From an uncultured delta proteobacterium (lineage in GTDB: Bacteria > Desulfobacterota > Desulfobacteria > Desulfobacterales > JAFDCJ01): DNA of 64,000 nucleotides. The stretch is taken from the NCBI GenBank assembly GCA_963769935.1, contig CAVYNY010000035.1:64001-128000 (forward strand). Reading direction: 5' to 3'. The position numbers were made by a program, and so were the translations under genes. Of this stretch, positions 39,858-48,525 are shown one piece after another. The number at the start of each line of letters is the position of its first letter. Within the stretch, counting starts at the first letter, position 1. A model generated the notes under the pieces. It did not search any database, was not told the DNA's origin, and worked only from the letters and a program-made list of their open reading frames with translations.

Positions 39858-40067
39858 TTGGCATTATTTATTGTAAATGAAGACGATACCGTCGAGCACC
39901 TGCAGGTCGAACAATATGAAAGACTTTTACGGCGGGACCCGGGCGAGAAGCTGTCTATATACGCGGGTAAACGACTCCGCTACGCCTCGGTCGTAATTGA
40001 TTCGGCCGTAAATGACCAGATCGACATAATACAAATTCAATATTGCTACCTGATCTTTGACGCCGAA
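39858..40067 (+). pseudogene. Possible truncated remnant of a hypothetical protein
   Basis: About 70 protein-like codons (LFIVNEDD...YERLLRRDPGE..YAGKRLRYA) run without a stop into the convergent gene, and the start is weak. Confidence 0.35.
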
Positions 40068-40673
40068 TCAGGGCTCAAACTCTTCTATAATTTTTCCCCG
40101 CTCAACAAAGTGCGCGATAGCATCCAGCGCGTTGCGGTAAACCGACATTGCCGTTTCCAGTTTGTCGACGATCGGGTCATCCGTCCCTAAATCCTTCGCT
40201 GCTTTCAATAATAAGTTTTCACCTTCGGCGAAATGATCCGCTATTTCCGTCAATAAGACTTTTCGCTTCTGATGCTTGGCACGCTCATTTGCAATAATCG
40301 GCCACAGCCTTCGAACTGAATATTCCACCAGAGCATCCCGTGGGGCATTATGCCGGCGGGAAATCATATCCAAAAAGGTCAATGACCGGCGGCTGACAAC
40401 AAAGGTTTTTTGAATGCGCTCATGGCGATCGAACTTCGTGTTCTCGAGATCGCGGGCCATGTTATTTAAACCCCGGTCATCCTCCATTAAATGGTCAAAG
40501 ACCGATTTTTGTTTAATGCCTAATTGAGCTGAAAGAATGCTGATCGCCTCAATGCAGGCTTCAGAGAGCCGGAATGTCGCTCGAACCGATTGCCGTCCCC
40601 TGAGGTCCAGTGTTGCCGGTTCGGACGCGGACCCCTCATTTTCGGATTGTTTTTCTTTATTTTTATTCACCAA
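40068..40673 (-). CDS. Conserved hypothetical protein divergent from the hsp20 pair; candidate DNA-binding regulator
   Basis: 201 aa with AAGGAG RBS. Two beta-helix-helix-like repeats (RQSVRATFRLS.. and RIQKTFVVSR..) precede a coiled C-terminus. Confidence 0.65.
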   Translation of the reverse strand: MVNKNKEKQSENEGSASEPATLDLRGRQSVRATFRLSEACIEAISILSAQLGIKQKSVFDHLMEDDRGLNNMARDLENTKFDRHERIQKTFVVSRRSLTFLDMISRRHNAPRDALVEYSVRRLWPIIANERAKHQKRKVLLTEIADHFAEGENLLLKAAKDLGTDDPIVDKLETAMSVYRNALDAIAHFVERGKIIEEFEP

Positions 40674-40809
40674 AACGCTCCTTAATTTATAAGCTCACCA
40701 AAATCATTACCAAATTATAATTAATTTTTTTAGTAATGCAATATTTTTTATATTGTGGTTCTTGACATTAACCAATTTGTCTTTAACATATATCTAACTT
40801 TTAGTGTTT

Positions 40810-40847
40810 GTCAACCAACGATATTAAATTTAATACTGTTGAGTGAC
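40810..40847. promoter_or_regulatory. Long imperfect palindrome in the hsp20 leader (operator or RNA hairpin)
   Basis: GTCAACCAACGA-TATTAAATTTAATA-CTGTTGAGTGAC, downstream of TTGACA at 40762. Confidence 0.55.
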
Positions 40848-40877
40848 CGTAGACCACAAAAAAAAGGAGGTTTCAAA

Positions 40878-41336
40878 ATGATTTACCGCAGATTGCTAAA
40901 TGTACCGACTTGGAGATTAAGGAGTCCACTGGATGAGTTGCATCTGATGAGACAACAAATGGAACAGTTGTTCGAAGAAGCCAGAGTCCCTTCTCAACGT
41001 TCAGTAGCCGGTGTGTTCCCGCTGATCAATTTAACTGAGGATAAAGACAACTACTATGTTCGGGCCGAATTGCCCGGCGTGATGGCAGAAGCGCTTGACA
41101 TTCAGGCAACCTCACAAAACATTGCCATTTCCGGCGAACGAAGAATAGCTCCGCAGGGAGAAGGAGCCCGGTATCATCGAAGGGAGCGGGAGGCAGGAAC
41201 ATTTTCCAGAATGATCGCGCTTCCAGGCGAGGTGAACACTGAGAAAGTTGAGGCCAAACTGGAAGACGGAATTCTAACCGTGATGGTTCCGAAAGCCGAG
41301 GTCACAAAACCCAAACAAATTAGCGTGAAGTCTTGA
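40878..41336 (+). CDS. Hsp20/alpha-crystallin small heat shock protein
   Basis: FPLINL.E, AELPGV, ISGER, RRER..G.FSR and A.LEDGILTV..PK. Strong AGGAGG RBS. Confidence 0.95.
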   Translation: MIYRRLLNVPTWRLRSPLDELHLMRQQMEQLFEEARVPSQRSVAGVFPLINLTEDKDNYYVRAELPGVMAEALDIQATSQNIAISGERRIAPQGEGARYHRREREAGTFSRMIALPGEVNTEKVEAKLEDGILTVMVPKAEVTKPKQISVKS

Positions 41337-41491
41337 AAATTTGCACAGCGCCATAATTAATTCTGCATTCGCCCTTTTGGGATGATATTTAAACTGCAGG
41401 ATCTGGTCAGATAGGCATTACGCTGTGTATGTATGTCTACAAAATGGTTTATAACGTATTGTACAGTTCAATACAAAGGAGGAAAATAGCA

Positions 41492-41902
41492 ATGGCTGAC
41501 ACGGAAAGCAAAGAACTTCGAGTTCGAGAAAAACAAGAGGTAGCCGGTCCGGCCGAGCAAACCACGCCGGGATTGGTTTTCACACCAGCGGTCGATATAT
41601 TTGAGACGGAAAGAGAGATTACCCTGCTGGCCGATATGCCGGGGGTCAAGGCCGATGATTTGACTATAGATCTTCGTGACAACACCCTCACCCTGACAGG
41701 GGATGTTCCGTCCGCCCAGGGCGCTGGGGAAGAAGCAATATTGACTGAGTACGATTTCGGAAGATATTACCGCCAGTTTACGATCGGTGAAATAGTCAAC
41801 CAGGAAAAAATTGATGCGCAGCTCAAGGAAGGCGTGCTTCGTCTATCGCTGCCAAAGGTTGAAAAGGCAACCCCCAAAAAGATTTCCGTCAAAGCGGGTT
41901 GA
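41492..41902 (+). CDS. Hsp20/alpha-crystallin small heat shock protein (second)
   Basis: PAVDIFET, ADMPGV, YYRQF and A.LKEGVL.L.LPK. Confidence 0.95.
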   Translation: MADTESKELRVREKQEVAGPAEQTTPGLVFTPAVDIFETEREITLLADMPGVKADDLTIDLRDNTLTLTGDVPSAQGAGEEAILTEYDFGRYYRQFTIGEIVNQEKIDAQLKEGVLRLSLPKVEKATPKKISVKAG

Positions 41903-41966
41903 GAGGATCAGAGAGCCGGAAAACTGCGCAGCGAAGATTTGCGAGAGGCCGGCTCCTGATAGAAAC

Positions 41967-42035
41967 CGGAGTAATGGAGTGCTGGAGTATTGAACTTTTT
42001 CCATCGCTCCAATACTCCATGACTCCACCACTCCA
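41967..42035. repeat. Repeat family E: inverted array of TGGAGTRN octamers
   Basis: GGAGTAATGGAGTGCTGGAGTATTG ... CAATACTCCATGACTCCACCACTCCA. The same family occurs at 52681-52760. Confidence 0.75.
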
Positions 42036-42276
42036 AGCTTCCCAAAATAAGGCAAAGCGATTTTTAAAATGATTCAGCGAATCTTAATCCGGAAAATTTT
42101 TTAAAATCAAGGGATCTATTACGAAGATCTTCGAAATCAGCATCCGTAATTTCTACGGCGTCTTGCGCTAAGATATTACGAAAATGCGCCAGGGCGCTCC
42201 AAAGCCCTTCCTTCTTTACAAATCATAAAAAGAATCTAAACCTGAAAAAATTGCTTGCATTTTAATCCGGTCTAGT

Positions 42277-42294
42277 TGTATATACATCTATAAC
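42277..42294. promoter_or_regulatory. Candidate GntR/HutC-type operator (autoregulatory)
   Basis: TGTATATACATCTATAAC, with a 17/18 identical copy at 43305-43322. Confidence 0.65.
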
Positions 42295-42425
42295 GTCTAA
42301 CCGGAATGGTCGCTGCATCGATTTGACGGATTTTTTGCATTTGCTGAATTCCGGTGGGGCGCAGGACAATCAACCATTCACTGTGAATGACGGCGCCTTT
42401 TGGCAATCAAAAGGGGAGATTACCC

Positions 42426-43250
42426 TTGAAAATTGTTGACGAATCCAATCCGATCCCCAAATATCTTCAAATCAGTGCCTGGCTGAAGGAACTGATCCAG
42501 ACCGGCCGCTATGCCGCCGGTGAAAGATTGCCTTCCGAAATCGAGCTTTCCAAAACGTGCGGCGTCAACCGCAATACCCTGCGCCAGGCCATCACCGAAT
42601 TAACCACGGCTGGGTTGCTGCGCAAAGAGAAGGGAACCGGAACCTTTGTCAGCAGTCCTTCAGCTGCCGGACTAAAACACAAACTGGAGCGGATTTCAAG
42701 CTTCAGGGATATGCTGGGGCAAAGCGGCATTGCCGCCCGAACCGAAGTCATCGGCCGGCGGATTGTAGATGCCGATGATTATGTGGCTAGAAGCCTGTTT
42801 CTGGGCACCAATAAAAAGGTACTGGTCGTCAGACGGGTTCGTGCCGGCAACGGTACGCCTTACATTTACGAGGAGAGCTACCTGCCGGCGGACATGTTTG
42901 AAGGCATTCTTGATTTGGATCTGACCGGCTCCATGTATGATATCATTTCCGAACACTTCGGCATTGTGCTGGCCCGGAGCAAACAGAATATCAGCGCCGT
43001 GAACCTTATTCCGAAGATCGCCAAAATACTCAAGGTCCCGGTCAATTCGGCCGCCATTTTTGCGGAAAGCATCACTTTTGATGCCAAGAGCATCCCCATC
43101 GAATTGTTATACTCGTATTACCGGGGGGACAAATATACGCTTGAGATCGAGCTCGGACGCTATCACGCCAATCCGGGCAGCATGAATATTAGAGCAGAAC
43201 AGACGGGTGGTTCCTCTGCATACGATTTGAAATTCAGCGGCGTCGCCTAA
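42426..43250 (+). CDS. GntR family transcriptional regulator, HutC/UTRA subfamily
   Basis: PKYLQI, LPSE.EL...GVNRNTLRQA..L...G....KG.GTFV, followed by a UTRA domain (SMY.., YRGDKY). TTG start after AAGGGGAG. Confidence 0.93.
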   Translation: MKIVDESNPIPKYLQISAWLKELIQTGRYAAGERLPSEIELSKTCGVNRNTLRQAITELTTAGLLRKEKGTGTFVSSPSAAGLKHKLERISSFRDMLGQSGIAARTEVIGRRIVDADDYVARSLFLGTNKKVLVVRRVRAGNGTPYIYEESYLPADMFEGILDLDLTGSMYDIISEHFGIVLARSKQNISAVNLIPKIAKILKVPVNSAAIFAESITFDAKSIPIELLYSYYRGDKYTLEIELGRYHANPGSMNIRAEQTGGSSAYDLKFSGVA

Positions 43251-43304
43251 CTGAAAATGAACCATTTTTGAATAAAAATGTAATCTTTTCATTTAACAAT
43301 TAAC

Positions 43305-43322
43305 TGTTTATACATCTATAAC
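43305..43322. promoter_or_regulatory. Second copy of the GntR-type operator, upstream of the transaldolase-like gene
   Basis: TGTTTATACATCTATAAC. Confidence 0.65.
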
Positions 43323-43349
43323 CGTTCCCAAAAAAAAGGAGGATTTACA

Positions 43350-44561
43350 ATGGAAGAAAGAAACTTTTTCGAAAGGCTGGTGGATGTTAGCCCGGGCATG
43401 GAGATCTGGTGGGATTCCTCGCCCGTCGTTTTCGAAAATTGGTGCAAGAAATTGCTTGAAAAAGCGGCGCCTGCTGATCGCGGGATATTGCAAAAGCAAT
43501 TCAACCGGATGTACAGCAAAGATAATCCCAAAAGCCAATTGTTTCGCGGCGTGACCACCAATCCGCCTCTATCCCTGCAAGCGATCCAGAATGATCCCCC
43601 TTACTGGCAAAAAGTGGCCAAGGATATTGTGGCAGCGAATCCGGGCCTGGACAAAGAGGGGCTTTTCTGGAAGCTTTACAAGACGGTCGTCAAGCGCGGC
43701 TCGGATATGTACCTGCCGCTTTTTGAAGCCAGCAATTACAAAGAAGGCTTTCTGTCCGGCCAGGTGGATCCGCGCAGCGTGTTTGATAAGGATGCCATGA
43801 TCAGACAGGCCGAGGAGATCGCGACCATCAACCCCAATGTCATGGTAAAGGTTCCCGGAACAAAGCAGGGCTACGAGGTCATCGAGTATCTGACATCCAA
43901 GGGGATTTCAACCAACAATACCCTGACCTTTATTCTGCCCCAGTTGATCGATTGTGCCAACAGCGTCAAGCGCGGCCTTGAAACCGCCCGGAAAAACGGC
44001 GTCAACCTGAGCAAATGGCGGTCGGTTATCACCCATATGGAAGGCCGATTCGGCAACCTGGGCGGCTTAAAGGACTTTGCCGCTGAAAAGGGTGTCGAAC
44101 TTTCCGACGGCGAGATCCGGCTGGCGGAACTGGCGATTTTCAAAAAGGCTTACAAATATCTGATTGAAAACAATTTGCCGAGCAAGATGCTCTCCTGTTC
44201 TTTGATCGCCGGGCCGACCGTTAACGGCCAAAGCCGCATCTGGCATCTGGAAGAAAAAGCGGGCGCCAATGTGGTCGTGACCTGCCCGCCTTCTTTCATA
44301 GAAAAGGTCCTTTTTCTGCCGGGTGTTGAAAAAATTACCTTTGAAAAAGATCGCATCCTGCAGGACATTCCCAAGGATGTGATGGATAAACTCATGCGGG
44401 TTCCTTATTTTGAAAGAGGTTACGCCGTCGACGGCTACACCCGGGATGAATACAACACCCATCCGTCGCTGCAAAAAACTGCCGAACAATTCTCCAAGGC
44501 AACCTGGGAAATGGTGGATTTCGCCGGCCGGTGCCTGGAAGGTGGCGCTTGTTTTACCTGA
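43350..44561 (+). CDS. Transaldolase/FSA-fold protein, divergent
   Basis: WWDS, GVTTNPPL, SGQVDPR, NVMVKVPGT (Schiff-base Lys) and NNTL.F in 403 aa. Confidence 0.85.
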   Translation: MEERNFFERLVDVSPGMEIWWDSSPVVFENWCKKLLEKAAPADRGILQKQFNRMYSKDNPKSQLFRGVTTNPPLSLQAIQNDPPYWQKVAKDIVAANPGLDKEGLFWKLYKTVVKRGSDMYLPLFEASNYKEGFLSGQVDPRSVFDKDAMIRQAEEIATINPNVMVKVPGTKQGYEVIEYLTSKGISTNNTLTFILPQLIDCANSVKRGLETARKNGVNLSKWRSVITHMEGRFGNLGGLKDFAAEKGVELSDGEIRLAELAIFKKAYKYLIENNLPSKMLSCSLIAGPTVNGQSRIWHLEEKAGANVVVTCPPSFIEKVLFLPGVEKITFEKDRILQDIPKDVMDKLMRVPYFERGYAVDGYTRDEYNTHPSLQKTAEQFSKATWEMVDFAGRCLEGGACFT

Positions 44562-44679
44562 AGCCATTAATACACCGGCGGCCAAGGCTGACCAGCGGTT
44601 TTCCTGCCCCGGGCGGTAATGTTCGGAATCTAAATATGACGCTGTATACAATTGGTTATTGATCAGAAAGGGAAAGAAC

Positions 44680-45792
44680 ATGATCGTTGGTATTCCTAAG
44701 GAAATCAAGGCGGACGAGAATCGGGTGGCATTGACTCCGGGCGGTGTTGAAGTCATGTGTCAACACGGCCACACGGTGCTGATGCAAAAAACGGCCGGCC
44801 GGGCCAGCGGATTCGGCAATGCGCTTTACAAACAGGCCGGTGCTGAGATCGTGGACAAATCCGAGGAAATATTCAAACGTTCCGAGATGATTCTGCGCGT
44901 CAAGGAACCGCAGCCCTCCGAGTTTGGATACCTCAGAAAAGGCCAGATCTATTTCGGCTACCTGCACCTGGCGGCATCGCCAACCGTTGCGCAGGCCATG
45001 GTCAAAAGCGGCACGGTCGGCATTGCCTACGAGACGATTCAAAAGGCCGACGGCACCCTGCCGCTGCTCACCCCGATGAGTGAAGTGGCCGGCCCCATGG
45101 CGGTTCAGGAAGGCGCCAAGTATCTTGAAATGGCGCAGGGCGGCCACGGCATCCTGCTCGGCGGCGTGCCCGGCGTGGATCCGGGCACTGTGCTGATTAT
45201 CGGCGGCGGGGCGGTCGGCATCAATGCCGCGAAAATGGCCGGCGGATTGGGAGCCAGGGTGTATATTCTCGACGTCGATCTGGATCGCCTGCGCTATCTG
45301 AGCGATGTCATGCCCGGCAACTGTGTTACCTTGATGTCCAATCCGGCGAACATCCGGGAAATCCTCCCCAAAGCAGATCTTGTCATCGGGGCGGTGCTGG
45401 TTCCCGGCAGCAAAACGCCGACGCTGGTCACCCGGGATATGCTCGGTATGATGAAGAAAGGTTCGGTGCTGGTCGATGTCGCCATTGATCAGGGCGGGTG
45501 CTTTGAGACTTCCCGTGAGACCACCCATGCCAAACCAACTTATGAGGTCGACGGGATTATTCATTATGCCGTCAGCAACATGCCGGGGGCGCTGCCTCGA
45601 ACTTCTACCCTGGCACTGAATAATTCCACGCTGCCGTATGCCGTTGAAATTGCCGACAAGGGTTGGAAGAAAGCCATGCGGGAAAATCTTGAAATTAAGG
45701 CCGGGGCCAACGTGGTGCGCGGCAAGGTAACCTACAAAGGCGTTGCTGACACATTCGGCATCGAACACACGGCTGTTGATAAGCTGTTGTAA
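44680..45792 (+). CDS. ald: Alanine dehydrogenase (paralogue 1)
   Basis: GIPKEIK..ENRV, VKEP, YLHLAA, AYETI, PMSEVAG, DVAIDQGG and NMPG. Confidence 0.93.
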   Translation: MIVGIPKEIKADENRVALTPGGVEVMCQHGHTVLMQKTAGRASGFGNALYKQAGAEIVDKSEEIFKRSEMILRVKEPQPSEFGYLRKGQIYFGYLHLAASPTVAQAMVKSGTVGIAYETIQKADGTLPLLTPMSEVAGPMAVQEGAKYLEMAQGGHGILLGGVPGVDPGTVLIIGGGAVGINAAKMAGGLGARVYILDVDLDRLRYLSDVMPGNCVTLMSNPANIREILPKADLVIGAVLVPGSKTPTLVTRDMLGMMKKGSVLVDVAIDQGGCFETSRETTHAKPTYEVDGIIHYAVSNMPGALPRTSTLALNNSTLPYAVEIADKGWKKAMRENLEIKAGANVVRGKVTYKGVADTFGIEHTAVDKLL

Positions 45793-45850
45793 ACTGTTCT
45801 TTTCAGGCATTTAGCCATTCAACTTAATTCAGGCACATAAGGAGCTTACT

Positions 45851-46963
45851 ATGATTGTTGGGGTATTAAAGGAAATCAAGACGGAAGAAAATCGGGTGAG
45901 CATGACCCCTGCCGGGGTGGAGATCTTAAAACAAAACGGTCATACGGTCCTGGTGGAAAAGAATGCCGGCAAGGGCAGCGGATTTAACAACAAAACATAT
46001 GCGGATGCGGGCGCCGAGATTGTTGACATACCCGCGGAGATCTTCAAGCGTGCCAAGATGGTGATGCACGTCAAGGAACCCCTGCCGGCCGAATATGATC
46101 TCATTCGCAAAGATCAGATTATCTTTACTTATCTGCACCTGGCGGCGGCCGAGGAGTTGACCAGGGTTTTGATCAAGAGCGGCTCCATCAATATCGCCTA
46201 CGAGACGATTCAAAAATTGGATCGGTCTTTACCGCTGCTGACTCCCATGAGTGAAGTGGCCGGACGCATGGCGATTCAGCAGGGCGCCAAATATCTTGAA
46301 ATGGCCCAGGGCGGCCACGGTATATTGCTGGGCGGCGTGCCCGGTGTGGACCCGGGCACGGTCGTCATTATCGGCGGCGGCATTGTCGGCGTCAACGCCG
46401 CTAAAATGGCCTGCGGTCTGGGTGCCAAGGTGTACCTTCTCGACATGAACCTGGAACGGCTGCGCTATCTCAGTGATGTGATGCCCAGCAACTGCTTTTT
46501 GCTGATGTCCAAGCCGACAACCGTCCGCCGCCTCATCAAAGAGGCCGACGTCGTCGTTGGGGCCGTGCTGATCCCGGGCGCCAAGGCACCCAAACTGGTG
46601 ACGCGCGAAATGCTGAAAACCATGAAGAAAGGGGCGGTGCTGGTGGATGTGGCCATTGATCAGGGCGGGTGCTTTGAAACCTCGAAGGCGACCACCCATG
46701 GCGATCCGATATACAAAGTCGAAGGGGTCGTGCACTATTGCGTAGCGAATATGCCCGGCGCGGTTCCCAAGACCTCCACGCTGGCCCTGACCAATGCAAC
46801 GCTGCCCTATGCGGTTGAAATTGCAAATAAAGGCTGGAAAAAAGCCATGCAGGAAAACCCCGAAATCAGGTGCGGTGCCAATGTGATTCAAGGCAAGGTC
46901 ACCTATAAGGGGGTCGCGGAGGCTTTTGGACTGAAACTCACGCCGATTGATAGTTTGCTGTAA
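45851..46963 (+). CDS. ald: Alanine dehydrogenase (paralogue 2)
   Basis: Same motifs as paralogue 1, with canonical FTYLHLAA, MSEVAGRM and HYCVANMPG. Confidence 0.95.
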   Translation: MIVGVLKEIKTEENRVSMTPAGVEILKQNGHTVLVEKNAGKGSGFNNKTYADAGAEIVDIPAEIFKRAKMVMHVKEPLPAEYDLIRKDQIIFTYLHLAAAEELTRVLIKSGSINIAYETIQKLDRSLPLLTPMSEVAGRMAIQQGAKYLEMAQGGHGILLGGVPGVDPGTVVIIGGGIVGVNAAKMACGLGAKVYLLDMNLERLRYLSDVMPSNCFLLMSKPTTVRRLIKEADVVVGAVLIPGAKAPKLVTREMLKTMKKGAVLVDVAIDQGGCFETSKATTHGDPIYKVEGVVHYCVANMPGAVPKTSTLALTNATLPYAVEIANKGWKKAMQENPEIRCGANVIQGKVTYKGVAEAFGLKLTPIDSLL

Positions 46964-47004
46964 TTGGAAAAATTTTTGAATTAATATTTAATAAGGAGAA
47001 AAAC

Positions 47005-48096
47005 ATGAAAAAAGATTTAAAGGATTTGTTTGTTCCTTGGCTTTTTAAGGCCAGAGAGTACAACGTCGGCATTCTGGATAAGGCGATGGTCAACCCCGGT
47101 CATGCCCGCCTGATGCTCAATGAAAATCCCATGCAGCCATCGGAAAAGGTCATTGCAGCGGTGGCGGATTCCCTGAGGCACGGCAACTGGTACCCGGACA
47201 GTTTTCTGCGGTTGAGGACCAAAATCGGAAAAATGTATGGCCTGGGTCCGGATAATGTTGCTCTGGCCAACGGATCTTCGGATACCATCGACGCCATGAT
47301 GCGCGTTTTTCTGCAACCGGGTGATGAGTTTCTGCTGTCCACGCCGACCTTCGAGTTGTTTCCGCCCCGCGCCGAACTTTGCAATGCCAAGGTAGTTCAG
47401 GTTCCGGTCAGGAAAGATACTTTGAATTACGATGTGGATGGCATGCTGAAGGCCATCAATGACCGTACCAAGCTGATCCTGATTATTAATCCCAACAACC
47501 CCACCGGCCTCTATATCGATGATGATGATCTGATTCGATTCTGCGAAACGGGTATTCCCCTATGCGTGGATGAAGCCTATCTGGATTACAACCCCCAAAA
47601 GACATCCAAAGTATCCCTGCTCGAAAAATATCCGCAGGTGTTTCTGTCGGTTACCTTTTCCAAAGCCTATGGATTTGCGGGTATCCGATTCGGATTCGTG
47701 CTGGGCACCGAAGAGATGATTACCGCTTTCAATCGGATGTTTCTGCCCTGGAACGTGAGCCGGATGGCTGGGGCGGCCGCCGAAGCCATCATCGACAATC
47801 CGGACGAGGTCAAGGCGAAGGTCGAACACAACAACAAGTGGATGGCCGTGTTTGCGAAAGAGCTTAAAAATTTGGGGCTTAAACCTTTTCCGGCCAACGG
47901 CAATTACATGCTTATCGATGCCACCATGACCGGCAAAACCACCGAGGAGATTCTCCAAGCCGGCCTCGAGAATCGCATCTACCTGAAAAAGATCGGTGTC
48001 ATCCACGGCAAGACCGGTTATTTCAGGGTAACGCCCGGTTTGGATGAAGAAAACGAACGGTTCCTAAAATTTATCCGATCCTATTTCGGCAAATAG
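47005..48096 (+). CDS. Class I/II PLP aminotransferase, HisC/CobD-like
   Basis: NENP, NGS, NPNNPTG, VDEAY and TFSKAYGFAGIRFG. Not in a his or cob context. Confidence 0.88.
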   Translation: MKKDLKDLFVPWLFKAREYNVGILDKAMVNPGHARLMLNENPMQPSEKVIAAVADSLRHGNWYPDSFLRLRTKIGKMYGLGPDNVALANGSSDTIDAMMRVFLQPGDEFLLSTPTFELFPPRAELCNAKVVQVPVRKDTLNYDVDGMLKAINDRTKLILIINPNNPTGLYIDDDDLIRFCETGIPLCVDEAYLDYNPQKTSKVSLLEKYPQVFLSVTFSKAYGFAGIRFGFVLGTEEMITAFNRMFLPWNVSRMAGAAAEAIIDNPDEVKAKVEHNNKWMAVFAKELKNLGLKPFPANGNYMLIDATMTGKTTEEILQAGLENRIYLKKIGVIHGKTGYFRVTPGLDEENERFLKFIRSYFGK

Positions 48097-48097
48097 A

Positions 48098-48269
48098 TAG
48101 TGGTTGAACGAAAACCCGTCCAGCTCAGGTGTTGGGTTTCGCCCTCGGGCATCCATCTCAGCGTAAAAGCTTGATTTTCGTAGGTTGGGTTGAGGGACGA
48201 AACCCAATCCCGCCTGCGGCGGGACTCAACCCAACCTACCCGCAATCAGGACTTTTCGTTCAGGCACTA
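48098..48269. mobile_element. Repeat family D copy 2 (MITE-like, REP doublet core)
   Basis: TAGTGGTTGAACGAAAA ... TTTTCGTTCAGGCACTA ends, with inner GTAGGTTGGGTTGAG ... CTCAACCCAACCTAC. Confidence 0.8.
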
Positions 48270-48525
48270 GCGATATCTATCGGCGTAATAATATGTATAA
48301 AAACTGAATATTTCCCCCTAGGAGCGATTTTAATTGAATTAAGTCTTGCAGTTAAAACCGCTCCTATAGTATGGGGGCAATGTTTTTTGTTAATTCCGTT
48401 TGGCTCCATTCCAAAAAATTCAAATCGTCTCGTTGTTTTGAGTTATCGCGAGATCTTCAAAGTTAACCATGAACCATTTCTTTCAAACATAAAAAACCTG
48501 GTTACTTTGTTTCAGGAAATTGGAT

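Noticed and set aside
41967..42035. Short-repeat arrays as a CRISPR array
   Set aside because: Units are 7-9 nt, degenerate and inverted, with no unique spacers of constant length and no cas genes.
44656..46891. Long antisense ORFs opposite ald (also opposite mdtB, acnA, the kinase, the GcvT gene and DUF4105)
   Set aside because: They are shadow frames of GC-rich coding genes with no recognisable motifs.
47005..48096. Assigning the symbol hisC
   Set aside because: The family is clear, but the catabolic context and absence of his genes leave the substrate unresolved.
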